Shown: in pieces, positions 28,675 to 39,035 of the stretch | Layout: each line of letters starts with the position of its first letter | Numbering within the stretch: position 1 is the first letter of the stretch | DNA from: Bacillota bacterium | GTDB taxonomy: Bacteria; Bacillota; PH28-bin88 | NCBI GenBank assembly: GCA_040757295.1 | Contig: JBFLXH010000005.1 | Span: forward strand, 7,014-71,013 | Reading direction: 5' to 3' | DNA: 64,000 nt | Made by a program: the position numbers and the translations under genes | Notes under the pieces: generated by a model | What the model was told of the DNA's origin: nothing | What the model saw: the letters and a program-made list of their open reading frames with translations, nothing else | The model's database searches: none

Positions 28675-29727
28675 CTAAACAACGCTTGGTCTTTTTCGTT
28701 TTTTGAATAAAATTATGCAAAAACCTGTTATCCCAGCTAAAATTAAAGTCATGATGCCGCCAACCAACCCTGATATACTGGTTCCGGCATCCACAACAGG
28801 CCATGCTTCTTCAGTCTTTGTTTCACCTGTATTAGTTTCCTGTTCCTGAGTTTTAAAGCTGTAATCAGGTAAAAATGCAGTCTTCTCCTGAATGGAGGCC
28901 AATGTTTGATGGATACCATCGGGAACCTCAAGTTCCTCTTTACCCGAAGTATTAAATACAGACCACTCCAAGCCGTCTGGATGTGCAGATGCAAACCAAG
29001 AAAGAAACCCGCCAGTAAAAACCGCAACGATAGCAAGCACGGCAAGAACCTGCTTAATTGGAATTGTTCCCAACGCCTCACCTGACGATGCCTTCTCAAT
29101 GATTTCAGGGCGTGCCTTCCACACAAATCCAACAACTGCAGCTGTAATAAGGCCCTCCACCATTCCTATGGCCAGGTGAATAGGCTGCATTAACAGTAGG
29201 AAGGTGCCAAAAGGTAATTCCGTTTTTCCTGAGAAGAGTGTTTCCAATACTACACTGAACGCCCCAAGTTGAAGACCTATGATTGCAGACACCATTGTCC
29301 CAATAAATATTCGGCTAGGGGAATATCCCCTTCGCATGATTTGTTTATAAATCAAAGGATAAGCTATAAAGCATGTAAAAAAACCAAGATTAAAAATATT
29401 GCATCCCAGTGCAAGTAATCCGCCATCTGCAAAGAACAGTGCCTGGATAACTAAAATAGATGCCATAGTCAGAAAGCCCGCATAAGGGCCTAGTAATATT
29501 GCAAGCAATAAACCTCCACCTAAATGCCCACTAGAACCAGTTGCAGGAATGGAAAAGTTAATCATCTGGGCAGCAAACACAAATGCTCCCATTACCCCCA
29601 TTAAAGGTATTTTTTGCTCATCCAAGTCATTCTCAACTTTTTTTGTGGCATAAGCAGCAACCCCTGCTGTTACTGCCCACATGGTTCCGCCTACAACCGG
29701 TGAAATCAAGGCGTCTGCCATATGCAT
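28675..29727 (-). CDS. cbiM: CbiM substrate-capture component fused to a CbiN-like C-terminal segment
   Basis: N-terminus MHMADALISP ... (CbiM starts MH-x-x-DG/A). ATG at 29725-29727 lies 8 nt after AGGAGGAG. The C-terminal extra TM segment plus KKRKRP resembles CbiN. Confidence 0.75.
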   Translation of the reverse strand: MHMADALISPVVGGTMWAVTAGVAAYATKKVENDLDEQKIPLMGVMGAFVFAAQMINFSIPATGSSGHLGGGLLLAILLGPYAGFLTMASILVIQALFFADGGLLALGCNIFNLGFFTCFIAYPLIYKQIMRRGYSPSRIFIGTMVSAIIGLQLGAFSVVLETLFSGKTELPFGTFLLLMQPIHLAIGMVEGLITAAVVGFVWKARPEIIEKASSGEALGTIPIKQVLAVLAIVAVFTGGFLSWFASAHPDGLEWSVFNTSGKEELEVPDGIHQTLASIQEKTAFLPDYSFKTQEQETNTGETKTEEAWPVVDAGTSISGLVGGIMTLILAGITGFCIILFKKRKRPSVV

Positions 29728-30123
29728 ATGTATCTCCTCCTTAGCAGACCTCTTTTTACCGACAAAAAGCCACAAAGGCAATACACTGCTTCTGCAATGT
29801 GATCAACCTTCGTGGCTGTCTATCCTAAGAATAATGTTTTGCAGTTTCTAACTTAACCTTTTTGAGCCTTCATGACTCTTTTATACAAAATCTATTATAG
29901 TAAACAAAATCGCACTTGTCTACAATAATTCTGGCTGGTTATGGTGACTACGGGCTTGCACTAGAATTTGGCAGATGGGTTTTATGCAACGGTAACAGTA
30001 TTGCCATGGTTTTGGCGGGCTAGTCTCAACAACACCTTGCTGAGCCACGCCAGGTAAAAGTTGTTAAGAATATTCTTGTACATTACTATGATAATGATAT
30101 AATGTATATGGAGGTGTTACAGA

Positions 30124-30363
30124 ATGCCGCAAAAAATGGTTCGCAAACAGGTCTATCTTACTTCCGTGCAGGAACAAAAATTAAAAAAACTCGCCCGGAA
30201 AAACAGTGTAACAGAAGCCGAAATACTCCGTAGGGCTATTGATAATTACATTCAAGAAGAGCCGTTAGAAGAAGATCCCCTACTTGAGCTATGCGGTTGT
30301 TACGATGGAGAGGAGGATGAATCTCTCCATCATGACGAGTATGTCTATGGGCAAAAATCGTAA
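30124..30363 (+). CDS. Ribbon-helix-helix (CopG/VapB-like) antitoxin
   Basis: 79 aa with an acidic C-terminus. A consensus promoter (TTGTAC-17-TATAAT) and GGAGGTG RBS lie upstream. Confidence 0.6.
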   Translation: MPQKMVRKQVYLTSVQEQKLKKLARKNSVTEAEILRRAIDNYIQEEPLEEDPLLELCGCYDGEEDESLHHDEYVYGQKS

Positions 30364-30784
30364 GATCTTCGTTGATACTAGTGGGTTGCTGGCCTTGTTT
30401 GACCGCAAGGACCAGTATCACCAATCCGCAGCGGAATACTACCGCAAGATCTCCACGCGAAAAAAGGTCATAACCAACTTAATTGTGGCAGAAACGTACA
30501 CGCGTTTGAGACAGCAAGCGGGCTTCGATCTGGCCATGACATTTCTGGCAGCAATAGACGCAGCTAAAAACAGTGGCCTGCTGGACCTTGTGTATAGCAA
30601 TGCTCGGATTGAAACATTGTCTAGAAGCTATTTGGACAAATACCATGATCATAAACTTTCATACACTGACGCTGTCAGTTTTGCCGTTATCCTGCAACCA
30701 CGAAGTGAGATCCATGAAATCTTTGCGTATGACCGCCATTTCATTATGACCAAGAAGCTGGTTTGCCCGGGACTTGGCAAATGA
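30341..30784 (+). CDS. PIN-domain toxin (VapC family)
   Basis: IFVDTSGLLALFDRKDQYH ... Overlaps the antitoxin 3' end by ~20 nt. The start (30341 or 30347) is uncertain. Confidence 0.7.
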   Translation: MSMGKNRKIFVDTSGLLALFDRKDQYHQSAAEYYRKISTRKKVITNLIVAETYTRLRQQAGFDLAMTFLAAIDAAKNSGLLDLVYSNARIETLSRSYLDKYHDHKLSYTDAVSFAVILQPRSEIHEIFAYDRHFIMTKKLVCPGLGK

Positions 30785-30839
30785 ACTACCAGGGTTTTAG
30801 AATTTTCACCGAATGAACTTCCTGAAAGGAGTGATCAAC

Positions 30840-31394
30840 TTGCGCCGCGTGTTAATGGTGATCGACATGCAAAATGATTTTGTGGCAGAAGTAGGAGCCT
30901 TGAGTTTCCCGGAAGCCCGCCAGGTGATACCTTTTGTAACCGCTAAGGTTAAGGAAGCCCTGGCCAGGGGATATGAGGTCCTGTTCACGCTGGATACCCA
31001 TACCCCCGGTGACCTTGAGTTTAATAAGTTTCCTCCTCATTGCCTTGCCGATACACCCGGGCAAGAACTAATCCCAGAACTGCAGCAAATTGTCAATGAC
31101 GAATTGAAAACCGACCGGATTCACTTGGTCCGCAAAAACCGTTACAGCGCTTTCCACGGTACTGAACTGGACCAATTGTTGGGCCTGAGCCCCGGCTCGT
31201 CAAAGGAAAAGGTGGCCGAGGTGGAACTGGTGGGGGTATGTACAAATATCTGCTGCTTTTTCACGGCGGAAGAACTGGCGAACCGCGATGTACCGGTTAC
31301 GGCCTACCAGGAGGGCATGGCCAGTTTCGACCAAACCGCCCACCAATATGCCCTGGAACAAATGAAGAGTGTATTGGGGGTGAAAGTCGTCTAG
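30840..31394 (+). CDS. Isochorismatase-family cysteine hydrolase
   Basis: LMVIDMQNDF motif. TTG start 6 nt after AGGAGTG. The ORF-track start at 30813 has no RBS. Confidence 0.75.
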   Translation: MRRVLMVIDMQNDFVAEVGALSFPEARQVIPFVTAKVKEALARGYEVLFTLDTHTPGDLEFNKFPPHCLADTPGQELIPELQQIVNDELKTDRIHLVRKNRYSAFHGTELDQLLGLSPGSSKEKVAEVELVGVCTNICCFFTAEELANRDVPVTAYQEGMASFDQTAHQYALEQMKSVLGVKVV

Positions 31395-31493
31395 CCACGT
31401 ATTTATCCATAGTCTATCAATACTCGTGATTTCTCATAACCAATACTTCTTAAAAGGTTAGTCATAATGTTCAGGTTGCAGGATCCTACTGAA

Positions 31494-31522
31494 TTCTGAA
31501 TACCTGAATAGTAACAAACTCC
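31494..31522. repeat. 29-bp fragment of the 410-bp repeat family end motif (CTGAATTCTGAATACCTGAATAGTAACA)
   Basis: Matches 8895-8920 and the reverse complement of 43425-43460. Confidence 0.35.
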
Positions 31523-31746
31523 CGGCAGAAAGGGAAAAAAATGCCTGCGGCATAAACAGGCGGCGCTTGAGAGGAAAAAACCGGTTAAAATTCTCACCTG
31601 TTTTGATAAATAGGTGTATATTCGCCCAGCTTTGGGCATAATCCTCTACCATAAAAGATTAGATACCCTTCTTTTGCAGGAAATCCTTGCCGCTTGAAGA
31701 AATTATTGCTGAAAGCAAGACGCTGGCTTACCTCTTTGAAGGAGTG

Positions 31747-32323
31747 ATGCGCTATACTAAAAATAACCAAAGCGCCTTATACCGCCCTGTTCCCTGTTCC
31801 TGCGGTACTAGTAAGCTGTGGTTCTGTTGATTATTCACCCAACATTATCACAATCGCCTGGACCGGCACCATGTGCTCGGAACCTCCTATGGTCTATGTT
31901 AGTATCAGGCCGGGAAGACATTCATTTAGCATTATTGAAGCCACAAGAGATTTTGTCATCAATATCCCCTCGGCAAGTATGGCTCGAGCGGTGGACCTGT
32001 GCGGTACTGTCTCGGGCAGGAATGTTGACAAGTTTCTGGAATGCGGTTTTACTCCCGTACCAGCTACTGTCGTGAAGGCGCCGCTAATAAATGAGTGCCC
32101 GGTAAATATTGAGTGCGCTGTTAAACAGGTATTGCCCCTTGGCACCCACCATGCTTTTGTCGCTGAGGTGGTAGCCGTAAATATAGACGCGGCAGTGATT
32201 GACGATAAAGGCCGGATCGACATGGAACGATTACAGCCTTACGCCTACTGCCTGAATGAATACCGGCAAGTTTCTTCCCTTTTAGGCGTGCACGGCTTTT
32301 CCCTAAAAAACAAAGGCAAATAG
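31747..32323 (+). pseudogene. Flavin reductase-like (FMN-binding split-barrel) gene interrupted by a 7-bp tandem duplication (CTGTTCC CTGTTCC at 31787-31800)
   Basis: Frame 1 gives MRYTKNNQSALYRPVP then a stop at 31828. Frame +1 continues as AVLVSCGSVDYSPNIITIAWTGTMCSEPPMVYVSIRPG ... Deleting one heptamer gives a contiguous ... ALYRPVPAVLVSCGSVD ... protein. Confidence 0.6.
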
Positions 32324-32362
32324 AAAAAAGATCTTTGAAGGCCTGTAGGGTAATGCAGGTCC

Positions 32363-32899
32363 TTATTCTTTTAGCTGCTTAAGTATTTGTTTAGAGTAGT
32401 AGGATTTGGGAGTTCCGGTCCTGGCAACGAACTGGGCCAGGCCCCGCTCACCCCGGTTGTAGGCGGTTAAGGCCTTGTCCAAATCTCCATGATACCGCTG
32501 AATGAGATAAGAGAGAATATACGCAGTCAGTTTGATGTTGAATTCCGGGTCAAACAGCATCTCCGGGTTGAAATCCTTAACCCCTAAACGCTCAGCAGCC
32601 CAGGCTCCGGTTCCGGGCATAATTTGGCCTAACCCCATAGCTCCTTTATGGCTTACCGCCATTGGATCAAAATTGCTTTCAAACCGGATCACCTCGTGCA
32701 AGAGCTCGGGTGTCAATTGAGGGTATTTGGCCGCCTGTCTGATGATGGTGGCTTCCAGGTCAAAGGGCTTTTCCTCCCCTGGCGGCTCCAGGGACTGACC
32801 CTGTTCTTTCTCTGGTTCTCCTGGCTGTAAAAGAGTAAAGCCAACCGTGAAAAGAAGAAATAGGCATATTAATGCCCCAGCCGTTACTTGCCGTGCCAT
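32363..32899 (-). CDS. Lytic transglycosylase (SLT domain) with signal peptide/membrane anchor
   Basis: ESNFDPMAVSHKGAMGLGQIMPGT is the SLT catalytic motif. Confidence 0.75.
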   Translation of the reverse strand: MARQVTAGALICLFLLFTVGFTLLQPGEPEKEQGQSLEPPGEEKPFDLEATIIRQAAKYPQLTPELLHEVIRFESNFDPMAVSHKGAMGLGQIMPGTGAWAAERLGVKDFNPEMLFDPEFNIKLTAYILSYLIQRYHGDLDKALTAYNRGERGLAQFVARTGTPKSYYSKQILKQLKE

Positions 32900-33133
32900 A
32901 TTACCTTCACCCCGTTTGCCGGAAAAAATCCGCTTAATCTAGCATAAACTTATGGTTATGCTAAATTATTATTTCTTGGATAATATTACACCTGATTCCG
33001 GCAAAAGGGAAGGAAACTTTTTACATTACGTTGTACTATTAGGTTTTTGGATAGCGGAAATGGTGAATTAAGGGAGATGGCCAGGTAAGCAAACGGTCTT
33101 CCTCCGTCGCCCAAGGGCCGCCGTTATGGATGA

Positions 33134-33164
33134 GCATAAAACGAAAGCCTGCAAGCATGCAGGC
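33134..33164 (-). terminator. Intrinsic terminator after the thiolase gene (GCCUGCA-UGCU-UGCAGGC + UUUCGUUUUAUGC)
   Basis: Perfect palindrome 33147-33164 followed by a U-rich tract on the minus strand. Confidence 0.6.
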
Positions 33165-33190
33165 CGAAAGACTTGTTTGCACCCTGATTT

Positions 33191-34366
33191 TTAACGTTCC
33201 ACAATGATGGCCATTCCCATGCCGCCACCGATACAAAGGGTGGCCAGACCCCTCTTGACATCCCGCCGTTTCATCTCGTACAGGAGAGTGGTAAGGATGC
33301 GGGCGCCGGTACACCCTACCGGATGGCCCAGGCCCACACCGCTGCCGTTGACATTGACAATATCCCTATTCAAACCTAAGAGCTTTTCACAGGCCAAATA
33401 CTGGGCCGCAAAAGCCTCGTTCACCTCAATCAGGTCGATATCCGCCAAGGACAGCCCAGCTTTCTGCAAAGCCTTTTGAGTGGCAGGCACTGGCCCGTAG
33501 CCCATCAATTCAGGTTCTACGCCGGCCCAAGCATAAGACACCACTTTGGCCAAAGGTTCTAGGCCTAAAGAGAGAGCCTTGGCGGCAGACATTAGCACCA
33601 AAGCTGCGGCGCCGTCATTGATGCTGGAGGAATTACCGGCAGTGACTGTCCCACCCGGGCGGAATGCGGGGGCTAGTTTAGCCAGTTTCTCTAGGCTGAT
33701 GTCTTTCCGGGGATGTTCATCCTTCTCCACTACAATAGGAGGGCCCTTGCGCTGGGGAACCGCTACAGGCACGACTTCTTCCAAGAAGCGGCCTGTTTCC
33801 CAAGCCTCTACCGCTTTCTGGTGACTGCGTTGAGCGATCTCATCCTGTTCCTCCCGGGTAATGGCATACTTATCTGCTAATCTTTCGGCAGTTTCACCCA
33901 TCATTATTTTGTGGTCCGGATCCGTCAACAATTCCCACATAGCGTCTGTCATCTGCCCGTGCATCATCCTTTGGCCCCAGCGGGCGTCTTTCAGTACATA
34001 GGGGGCTGAACTCATGCTTTCGGTTCCGCCGGCAATCATCACCTGGGCATCACCGGCGGTAATTGCCTGGCAGGCTGATACAACCGCCTGTAAGCCGGAT
34101 GCGCACTGGCGCTGCACAGTATAGGCTGTGGTTTCTTTCGGAAAACCTGCTCTAAGGGCAGCAACCCTGGCCGTATTGGGCTCGTCGGTCCGCTGGATGG
34201 CATTACCCAGAATTATTTCTTCCACTAGCTCAGGGGTTATTCCCGCCCGCTTGACAACCTCTTGCAAGACAACGGAAGCCAGCTGGTTTGCCTGCAGGTC
34301 TTTCAAAGCCCCGCCAAATTCGCCGATAGGAGTTCTGGCTGCTGAGACGATTACTGTTTCTGGCAT
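33191..34366 (-). CDS. Acetyl-CoA C-acetyltransferase (thiolase II)
   Basis: [15 protein letters not shown] ... thiolase N-terminus, with the C-terminal [12 protein letters not shown] motif. Confidence 0.85.
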   Translation of the reverse strand: MPETVIVSAARTPIGEFGGALKDLQANQLASVVLQEVVKRAGITPELVEEIILGNAIQRTDEPNTARVAALRAGFPKETTAYTVQRQCASGLQAVVSACQAITAGDAQVMIAGGTESMSSAPYVLKDARWGQRMMHGQMTDAMWELLTDPDHKIMMGETAERLADKYAITREEQDEIAQRSHQKAVEAWETGRFLEEVVPVAVPQRKGPPIVVEKDEHPRKDISLEKLAKLAPAFRPGGTVTAGNSSSINDGAAALVLMSAAKALSLGLEPLAKVVSYAWAGVEPELMGYGPVPATQKALQKAGLSLADIDLIEVNEAFAAQYLACEKLLGLNRDIVNVNGSGVGLGHPVGCTGARILTTLLYEMKRRDVKRGLATLCIGGGMGMAIIVER

Positions 34367-34396
34367 TTTTCCATCTCCTTTTTAGCATATCTCTCT

Positions 34397-34987
34397 TTAA
34401 TAAACCGCAATCAATTCCTTTACTTGATTATACTTGGCTTCTCCGATGCCGGAGACATTGGTAATATCCTTAATATCCCGGAAAGGTCCTTTGCTGTTCC
34501 TGTAATCAATAATGCGCTGAGCCAAAGCAGGGCCGATCCCCGGCAGGTTTTTCAGTTGCTCCAGGGTGGCGGTATTAATATTTATTAAGCCTGGCTGTAA
34601 GGCCGCTGCCGCTCCTTCGGCATGGGTCAGTGCCGCTCCAACCCTTGGCACGGTAATCTTTTGGCCATCAATGAGGGGAGCAGCCAAATTAAGGGCCTGC
34701 AGGTCAGCCTCCTCCAAGGGTTTAGCCTTTTCCACCCCGTCCACTACCCGGGAGCCCTTTGGCACCCGGTACACCCCGGGAAACTGTACCGCCCCGGAAA
34801 CATGGATCACAACCTCCTGTTGGACCGGGGTTTGCTCCCGAGCTGGCAAATTATTTGTCCCAGCTGAAATCACTTGCGGTGGTGCCGGCTTGGACGTCCA
34901 CCGGGCATATTTGATGCCAGCGCCAAAAAGCAGCGCCGCCACTAACAAAAGGAGCAGCGCCTGGGCTCGACGGTCCATCTGAATCAA
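34397..34987 (-). CDS. comEA: Competence protein ComEA (membrane-anchored tandem helix-hairpin-helix DNA-binding protein)
   Basis: N-terminal TM; C-terminal INTATLEQLKNLPGIGPALAQRIIDYR ... ITNVSGIGEAKYNQV HhH motifs. TTG start 6 nt after AAAGGGGGG. Confidence 0.8.
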   Translation of the reverse strand: MIQMDRRAQALLLLLVAALLFGAGIKYARWTSKPAPPQVISAGTNNLPAREQTPVQQEVVIHVSGAVQFPGVYRVPKGSRVVDGVEKAKPLEEADLQALNLAAPLIDGQKITVPRVGAALTHAEGAAAALQPGLININTATLEQLKNLPGIGPALAQRIIDYRNSKGPFRDIKDITNVSGIGEAKYNQVKELIAVY

Positions 34988-35158
34988 TTACAGCCCCCCT
35001 TTCCCCAAGGGAATCTATACTACAATTCAAGCCTTTTCTCCTTCAAATCACCGGAGTAGCTGTAAACTTTATGCAAAAAAAACCCAGTCCCGGCAAAAGG
35101 CACAAAAAACGCCCGGGGTCCAATCCCGGGCTTAAGGTAGCAGGTAAATAGTAAGCGG

Positions 35159-37642
35159 TTATTTAACTACAATGTTCAAAAGCTTATCGGGAACAGGGAT
35201 TACCTTGACGACCTCTTTGCCCGCCAGCAGTCTAATCACCCGATCCATGGACATGACCTCTTGTTCCATTTCACTTGCTGAGAGGTTAGCCGGTACCTGC
35301 ACCCGGTCCCTGACCTTCCCGTTAATCTGAACAACTATGGTTACTTGGTCCTGAACCAAAGCGGCCGGATCAAACTTAGGCCAGGGCCTCTGGTGAATGC
35401 TGCCGCTGCCACCTAAGGCCTGCCACATTTCTTCCGTAATATGGGGGGCAAAAGGAGCCAGCACATGAGTCAACAACCACAGACCTTCCTTTACCAGGGG
35501 TAGGTACTGCTGTTCCTGGGGCACTTGGTCCTTATAGTGATACAAAGCATTAACCATCTCCATGATGGCGCTGATGCCTGTATTAAAGTTAAACCGCTGG
35601 GTAATGTCATCGGTAATTTTTTTCACGCCGGCGTGGAGGGCGCGGCGCAGGTTTCTGGCCTCAACATCCAATTCCTCGTCTTGGTAAAGAGAGACTCCTT
35701 CCAATTGGGGAACATAATTATATACCAAACGCCAAACCCGGTTTAAGAAACGGAAACATCCTTCTACCCCCTGGTCACTCCACTCCAAGTCCCGTTCCGG
35801 GGGCGCGGCAAACAGGATAAACAACCGGGCTGTGTCTGCCCCGTATTTGGCGATAATCTCCTCGGGGCTCACGGTATTGCCTTTGGATTTACTCATTTTT
35901 CCGCCATCTTTCAGGACCATGCCTTGGGTCAGGAGGTTCTGGAAGGGTTCCTCATAATCCAGCCAATCCAAGTCATACAAAACCTTAACGAAGAAGCGGG
36001 AGTACATTAAATGGAGAATGGCATGTTCTACTCCACCGATATACTGGTCAACGTTCATCCAGTAATTAGCCTTCGCCTGGTCATAGACCTCCGGAGCATC
36101 CGGGCTGCAATAGCGCAAAAAGTACCAGGAAGAATCCACAAAAGTATCCATGGTATCTGTTTCCCGCTTAGCCGGTTTCCCGCAAGTAGGACAGGTGGTA
36201 TTCAGGAAATCGGGATTGGTGGTTAGCGGGGAATCTCCTGTTGGCTTAAATTCTACCTTTAGGGGAAGTTCCACCGGTAGGTCCTTTTCCGGTACAGGCA
36301 CTGCCCCACAGCCCTGGCAGTAAACAATGGGTATCGGCGCCCCCCAGTAGCGCTGGCGGGAAATCAGCCAATCCCGCAAGCGGAAATTAATCCTGCGCCG
36401 GCCAATCTGCTGCTGTTCCATGTGGTCGGCGATCCGCTCCTTAGCCTCCTCGCTAGGGAGCCCGTTAAATTGGCCGGAATTAACCATGAAACCCTCTTCA
36501 TCATACGCTGTGACTAGGGTTTCAGGGTCTAACTGTTCTCCTAAGGGTTGGACAACAATTCTCACCGGCAAACTGTATTTGCGGGAAAAGTCCAAGTCCC
36601 GCTGGTCATGAGCCGGCACTCCCATGACAGCGCCAGTGCCGTAGTCCATCAAAACGTAATTGGCTGTCCAGATAGGCACCTGTTCTCCATTCATGGGATT
36701 AATGGCATAAGCCCCGATAAAAATCCCTTCTTTTTCGGTATCCGCTGACGTGCGTTCCATTTCTTTCAGCTGGCGGACGCGCTGCACAAACTCCCGTACT
36801 TTGGCTTCATGCGGCGTTCCGGCGGTTAATTTCTCCACTAAGGGATGCTCCGGAGCCAACACCAGGTAGGTTGCTCCAAAAACCGTGTCATGGCGGGTGG
36901 TGAACACCGGGATGTCTTCTCCGGTATTCTCCACTGTAAAATTAAACTCTACGCCAGTGGAACGGCCGATCCAGTTCTGCTGCATGATTTTTACCTTTTC
37001 CGGCCACCCCGGCAATTTCTGCAAGTCGTCCAGCAGGCGGTCGGCATAAGCCGTGATCTTAAAAAACCACTGCTCCAGGTCCTTTTTCTCCACAATGGTG
37101 TCACAACGCTCACAAGCGCCATCTACTACCTGCTCATTAGCTAAGACGGTGGCACAGGAGGGACACCAGTTCACAGCAGCCTTCTTTTTATAAGCCAGGC
37201 CGTTTTTAAACAAGAGCAAAAATAGCCATTGGGTCCATTTGTAATAATCAGGGTGGCAAGTAGCAACTTCCCTGGCCCAGTCATAACTGATTCCCATCGC
37301 CTTTAACTGGCGGCGCATGTTGTTGATATTGCTCCAGGTCCATTCGGAAGGGTGGACATTACCATGCTTGATGGCCGCGTTTTCAGCCGGCAGACCAAAG
37401 GCATCCCATCCCATTGGATGCAGCACGTTATAACCCTGCATGGTTTTAAACCTGGCTACTACATCACCTATGGAGTAATTGCGCACATGACCCATGTGCA
37501 GGTTGCCGGAGGGGTAAGGGAACATTTCCAAGGCGTAGTATTTGGGCTTGTCTCCCCGCTCCGTTACTTTGTACAAGAGGTTTTTCTCCCATTCCTCTTG
37601 CCACTTTGCTTCCAGCTCGCGGAAATCGTAACGTTCTTTCAT
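35159..37642 (-). CDS. leuS: Leucyl-tRNA synthetase
   Basis: HMGH motif ([15 protein letters not shown]) and KMSKS motif. The start is taken at ATG 37640-37642 ([15 protein letters not shown]), 9 nt after GAGGTG. Confidence 0.9.
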   Translation of the reverse strand: MKERYDFRELEAKWQEEWEKNLLYKVTERGDKPKYYALEMFPYPSGNLHMGHVRNYSIGDVVARFKTMQGYNVLHPMGWDAFGLPAENAAIKHGNVHPSEWTWSNINNMRRQLKAMGISYDWAREVATCHPDYYKWTQWLFLLLFKNGLAYKKKAAVNWCPSCATVLANEQVVDGACERCDTIVEKKDLEQWFFKITAYADRLLDDLQKLPGWPEKVKIMQQNWIGRSTGVEFNFTVENTGEDIPVFTTRHDTVFGATYLVLAPEHPLVEKLTAGTPHEAKVREFVQRVRQLKEMERTSADTEKEGIFIGAYAINPMNGEQVPIWTANYVLMDYGTGAVMGVPAHDQRDLDFSRKYSLPVRIVVQPLGEQLDPETLVTAYDEEGFMVNSGQFNGLPSEEAKERIADHMEQQQIGRRRINFRLRDWLISRQRYWGAPIPIVYCQGCGAVPVPEKDLPVELPLKVEFKPTGDSPLTTNPDFLNTTCPTCGKPAKRETDTMDTFVDSSWYFLRYCSPDAPEVYDQAKANYWMNVDQYIGGVEHAILHLMYSRFFVKVLYDLDWLDYEEPFQNLLTQGMVLKDGGKMSKSKGNTVSPEEIIAKYGADTARLFILFAAPPERDLEWSDQGVEGCFRFLNRVWRLVYNYVPQLEGVSLYQDEELDVEARNLRRALHAGVKKITDDITQRFNFNTGISAIMEMVNALYHYKDQVPQEQQYLPLVKEGLWLLTHVLAPFAPHITEEMWQALGGSGSIHQRPWPKFDPAALVQDQVTIVVQINGKVRDRVQVPANLSASEMEQEVMSMDRVIRLLAGKEVVKVIPVPDKLLNIVVK

Positions 37643-37695
37643 TTTCTCCATCACCTCAAAGACTAAATAGGGACTAATTGTAGGATTCCGGCGCT

Positions 37696-37965
37696 AAAAG
37701 AAAAACCTCCCGCCCCATGCCTTGGGACGGGAAGTTTTATTTCCCGCGTTACCACCCAAATTGGTAATAATAAGTAATCATTACTACCCTCTCAAGGTTT
37801 ATTAACGGCAACCAGCCGGCACAGGTTAAAAATTCACCTGCACAGCTCCCGGGCGAGTTCAGCGGGCTTCCTGCTGTTTTTCACCATCCAACAGCTCTCT
37901 GATAAAGCTGACCCAGCCTAATGCTCCCGTTCACTGCTTTTCCCATTAGTTGATTAATAATTAAC
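37696..37965 (-). ncRNA. T-box riboswitch leader (Leu, specifier CUC region) with intrinsic terminator, upstream of leuS
   Basis: The T-box sequence AAUUUGGGUGGUAACGCGG is the reverse complement of 37746-37763. It is followed by the terminator CUUCCCGUCCC ... GGGGCGGGAGG + U-run. Stem I contains AGAGA and GAACUCGCC. Confidence 0.7.
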
Positions 37966-37973
37966 ATTACTCA

Positions 37974-38002
37974 TTATATGGTAATTATGGTTGAATGTCA
38001 AT
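37974..38002 (-). promoter_or_regulatory. Consensus SigA promoter for the leuS T-box leader (-35 TTGACA, 17 nt, -10 TATAAT)
   Basis: Minus-strand TTGACA 37997-38002 and TATAAT 37974-37979. Confidence 0.6.
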
Positions 38003-38047
38003 GAAGGAGTGCCGGGCTCGCCGGGCTGCCAGGCTGAAGGAAAAGGC

Positions 38048-38404
38048 TTAAGCCTGCTGGATGTCCAGATTTAACTTTTTTGCGTCACCCCAGAGCCGCT
38101 CCAGGTTGTAAAAAAGCCGGTCTTCCGTCTGAAAGACATGAATTACAAGATGCCCATAATCCAATAGAACCCAGCGGCCTTCCCGGAAGCCCTCCCGGCG
38201 CAGGTATTTGTGTCCGTGGGTTTCCAGCACCTCAGAAATGTTTTCAGCAATGGATTGAACATGGGTAGTGGATCTGCCGCTGCAGATTAAAAAATAGTCG
38301 GCAATTAAGGTAATCCCCCTAAGATCCAGTATAACGACGTCCAAGGCTTTTTTATCAGTGGCAGCATCATAACTCCAGGACAAAAGCTGGTCTTTTTCTC
38401 CCAA
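38048..38404 (-). CDS. rsfS: Ribosomal silencing factor RsfS (Iojap family)
   Basis: 118 aa of the RsfS/Iojap family. Conserved position after yqeK. Confidence 0.8.
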   Translation of the reverse strand: MGEKDQLLSWSYDAATDKKALDVVILDLRGITLIADYFLICSGRSTTHVQSIAENISEVLETHGHKYLRREGFREGRWVLLDYGHLVIHVFQTEDRLFYNLERLWGDAKKLNLDIQQA

Positions 38405-38405
38405 T

Positions 38406-39008
38406 TCATCCCCTCCTCCTTAATTCTATCTCCAAACGGCAGTGTCTAATCTCAGATAAAACTTCATTAAACCCATCAATAGTTGCCGGGTGTATATATG
38501 TTTCTTTATCCAGTACATAGCGGATGGCTGATTTAAAAGCAGCAATCATAGCAAGGTTAAGATCCTGGAGAGCCAGAAGCCGGATTTCTTCCACCCCCGG
38601 GAAATCCCGGCCAGGCTCGGCAATATCTGCCAAAAAGATTACTTTATCCAGTTTGGTCATATTTCTTCCGCCAACGGTATGCAGGGCTATGGCAGTTAAT
38701 ATTTCCGGGTCGGTAATGCCAATCTCTTCTTTAACCAAGCATGCGCCAACTGGTGCATGTAATATAACCGGAACCAGGCAGTCCACGGGGTGAACTGCCA
38801 TTCCTTTTTGCCTAGCAAGATACAACAGTTTTTCTTCTGGCAAGTCCCGCCCATAGTCGTGGAGCAAACCGGCCAGGGAAGCCTGATTTTCAGCCACCCC
38901 ATGCTTAGCCGCCAGGCTGGCGGCTAAGTCCGCCACGCGCAAAGAGTGCTCATAGCGGTTGGGGGAGAGGCGCTTTAATAACAACTGCCTCAGTCCTTCG
39001 TTTTCCAT
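38406..39008 (-). CDS. yqeK: HD-domain phosphohydrolase YqeK (bis(5'-nucleosyl)-tetraphosphatase-like)
   Basis: HSLRVA ... LLHDYGRD HD motifs. ATG at 39006-39008 lies 6 nt after GGGAGAG. The ORF-track start at 39047 lacks an RBS. Confidence 0.8.
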   Translation of the reverse strand: MENEGLRQLLLKRLSPNRYEHSLRVADLAASLAAKHGVAENQASLAGLLHDYGRDLPEEKLLYLARQKGMAVHPVDCLVPVILHAPVGACLVKEEIGITDPEILTAIALHTVGGRNMTKLDKVIFLADIAEPGRDFPGVEEIRLLALQDLNLAMIAAFKSAIRYVLDKETYIHPATIDGFNEVLSEIRHCRLEIELRRRG

Positions 39009-39035
39009 TTGGCTCTCTCCCGACAACAAAAACCC

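Noticed and set aside
29760-30100. Cobalamin riboswitch upstream of cbiMNQO
   Set aside because: The minus-strand leader lacks a B12 box (GCCACUG) and the AGGGAA / GGUG ... CC core. No confident match.
31403-31652. Minus-strand ORFs 31403-31639 and 31458-31652
   Set aside because: They overlap a repeat fragment and an intergenic promoter region and have no RBS.
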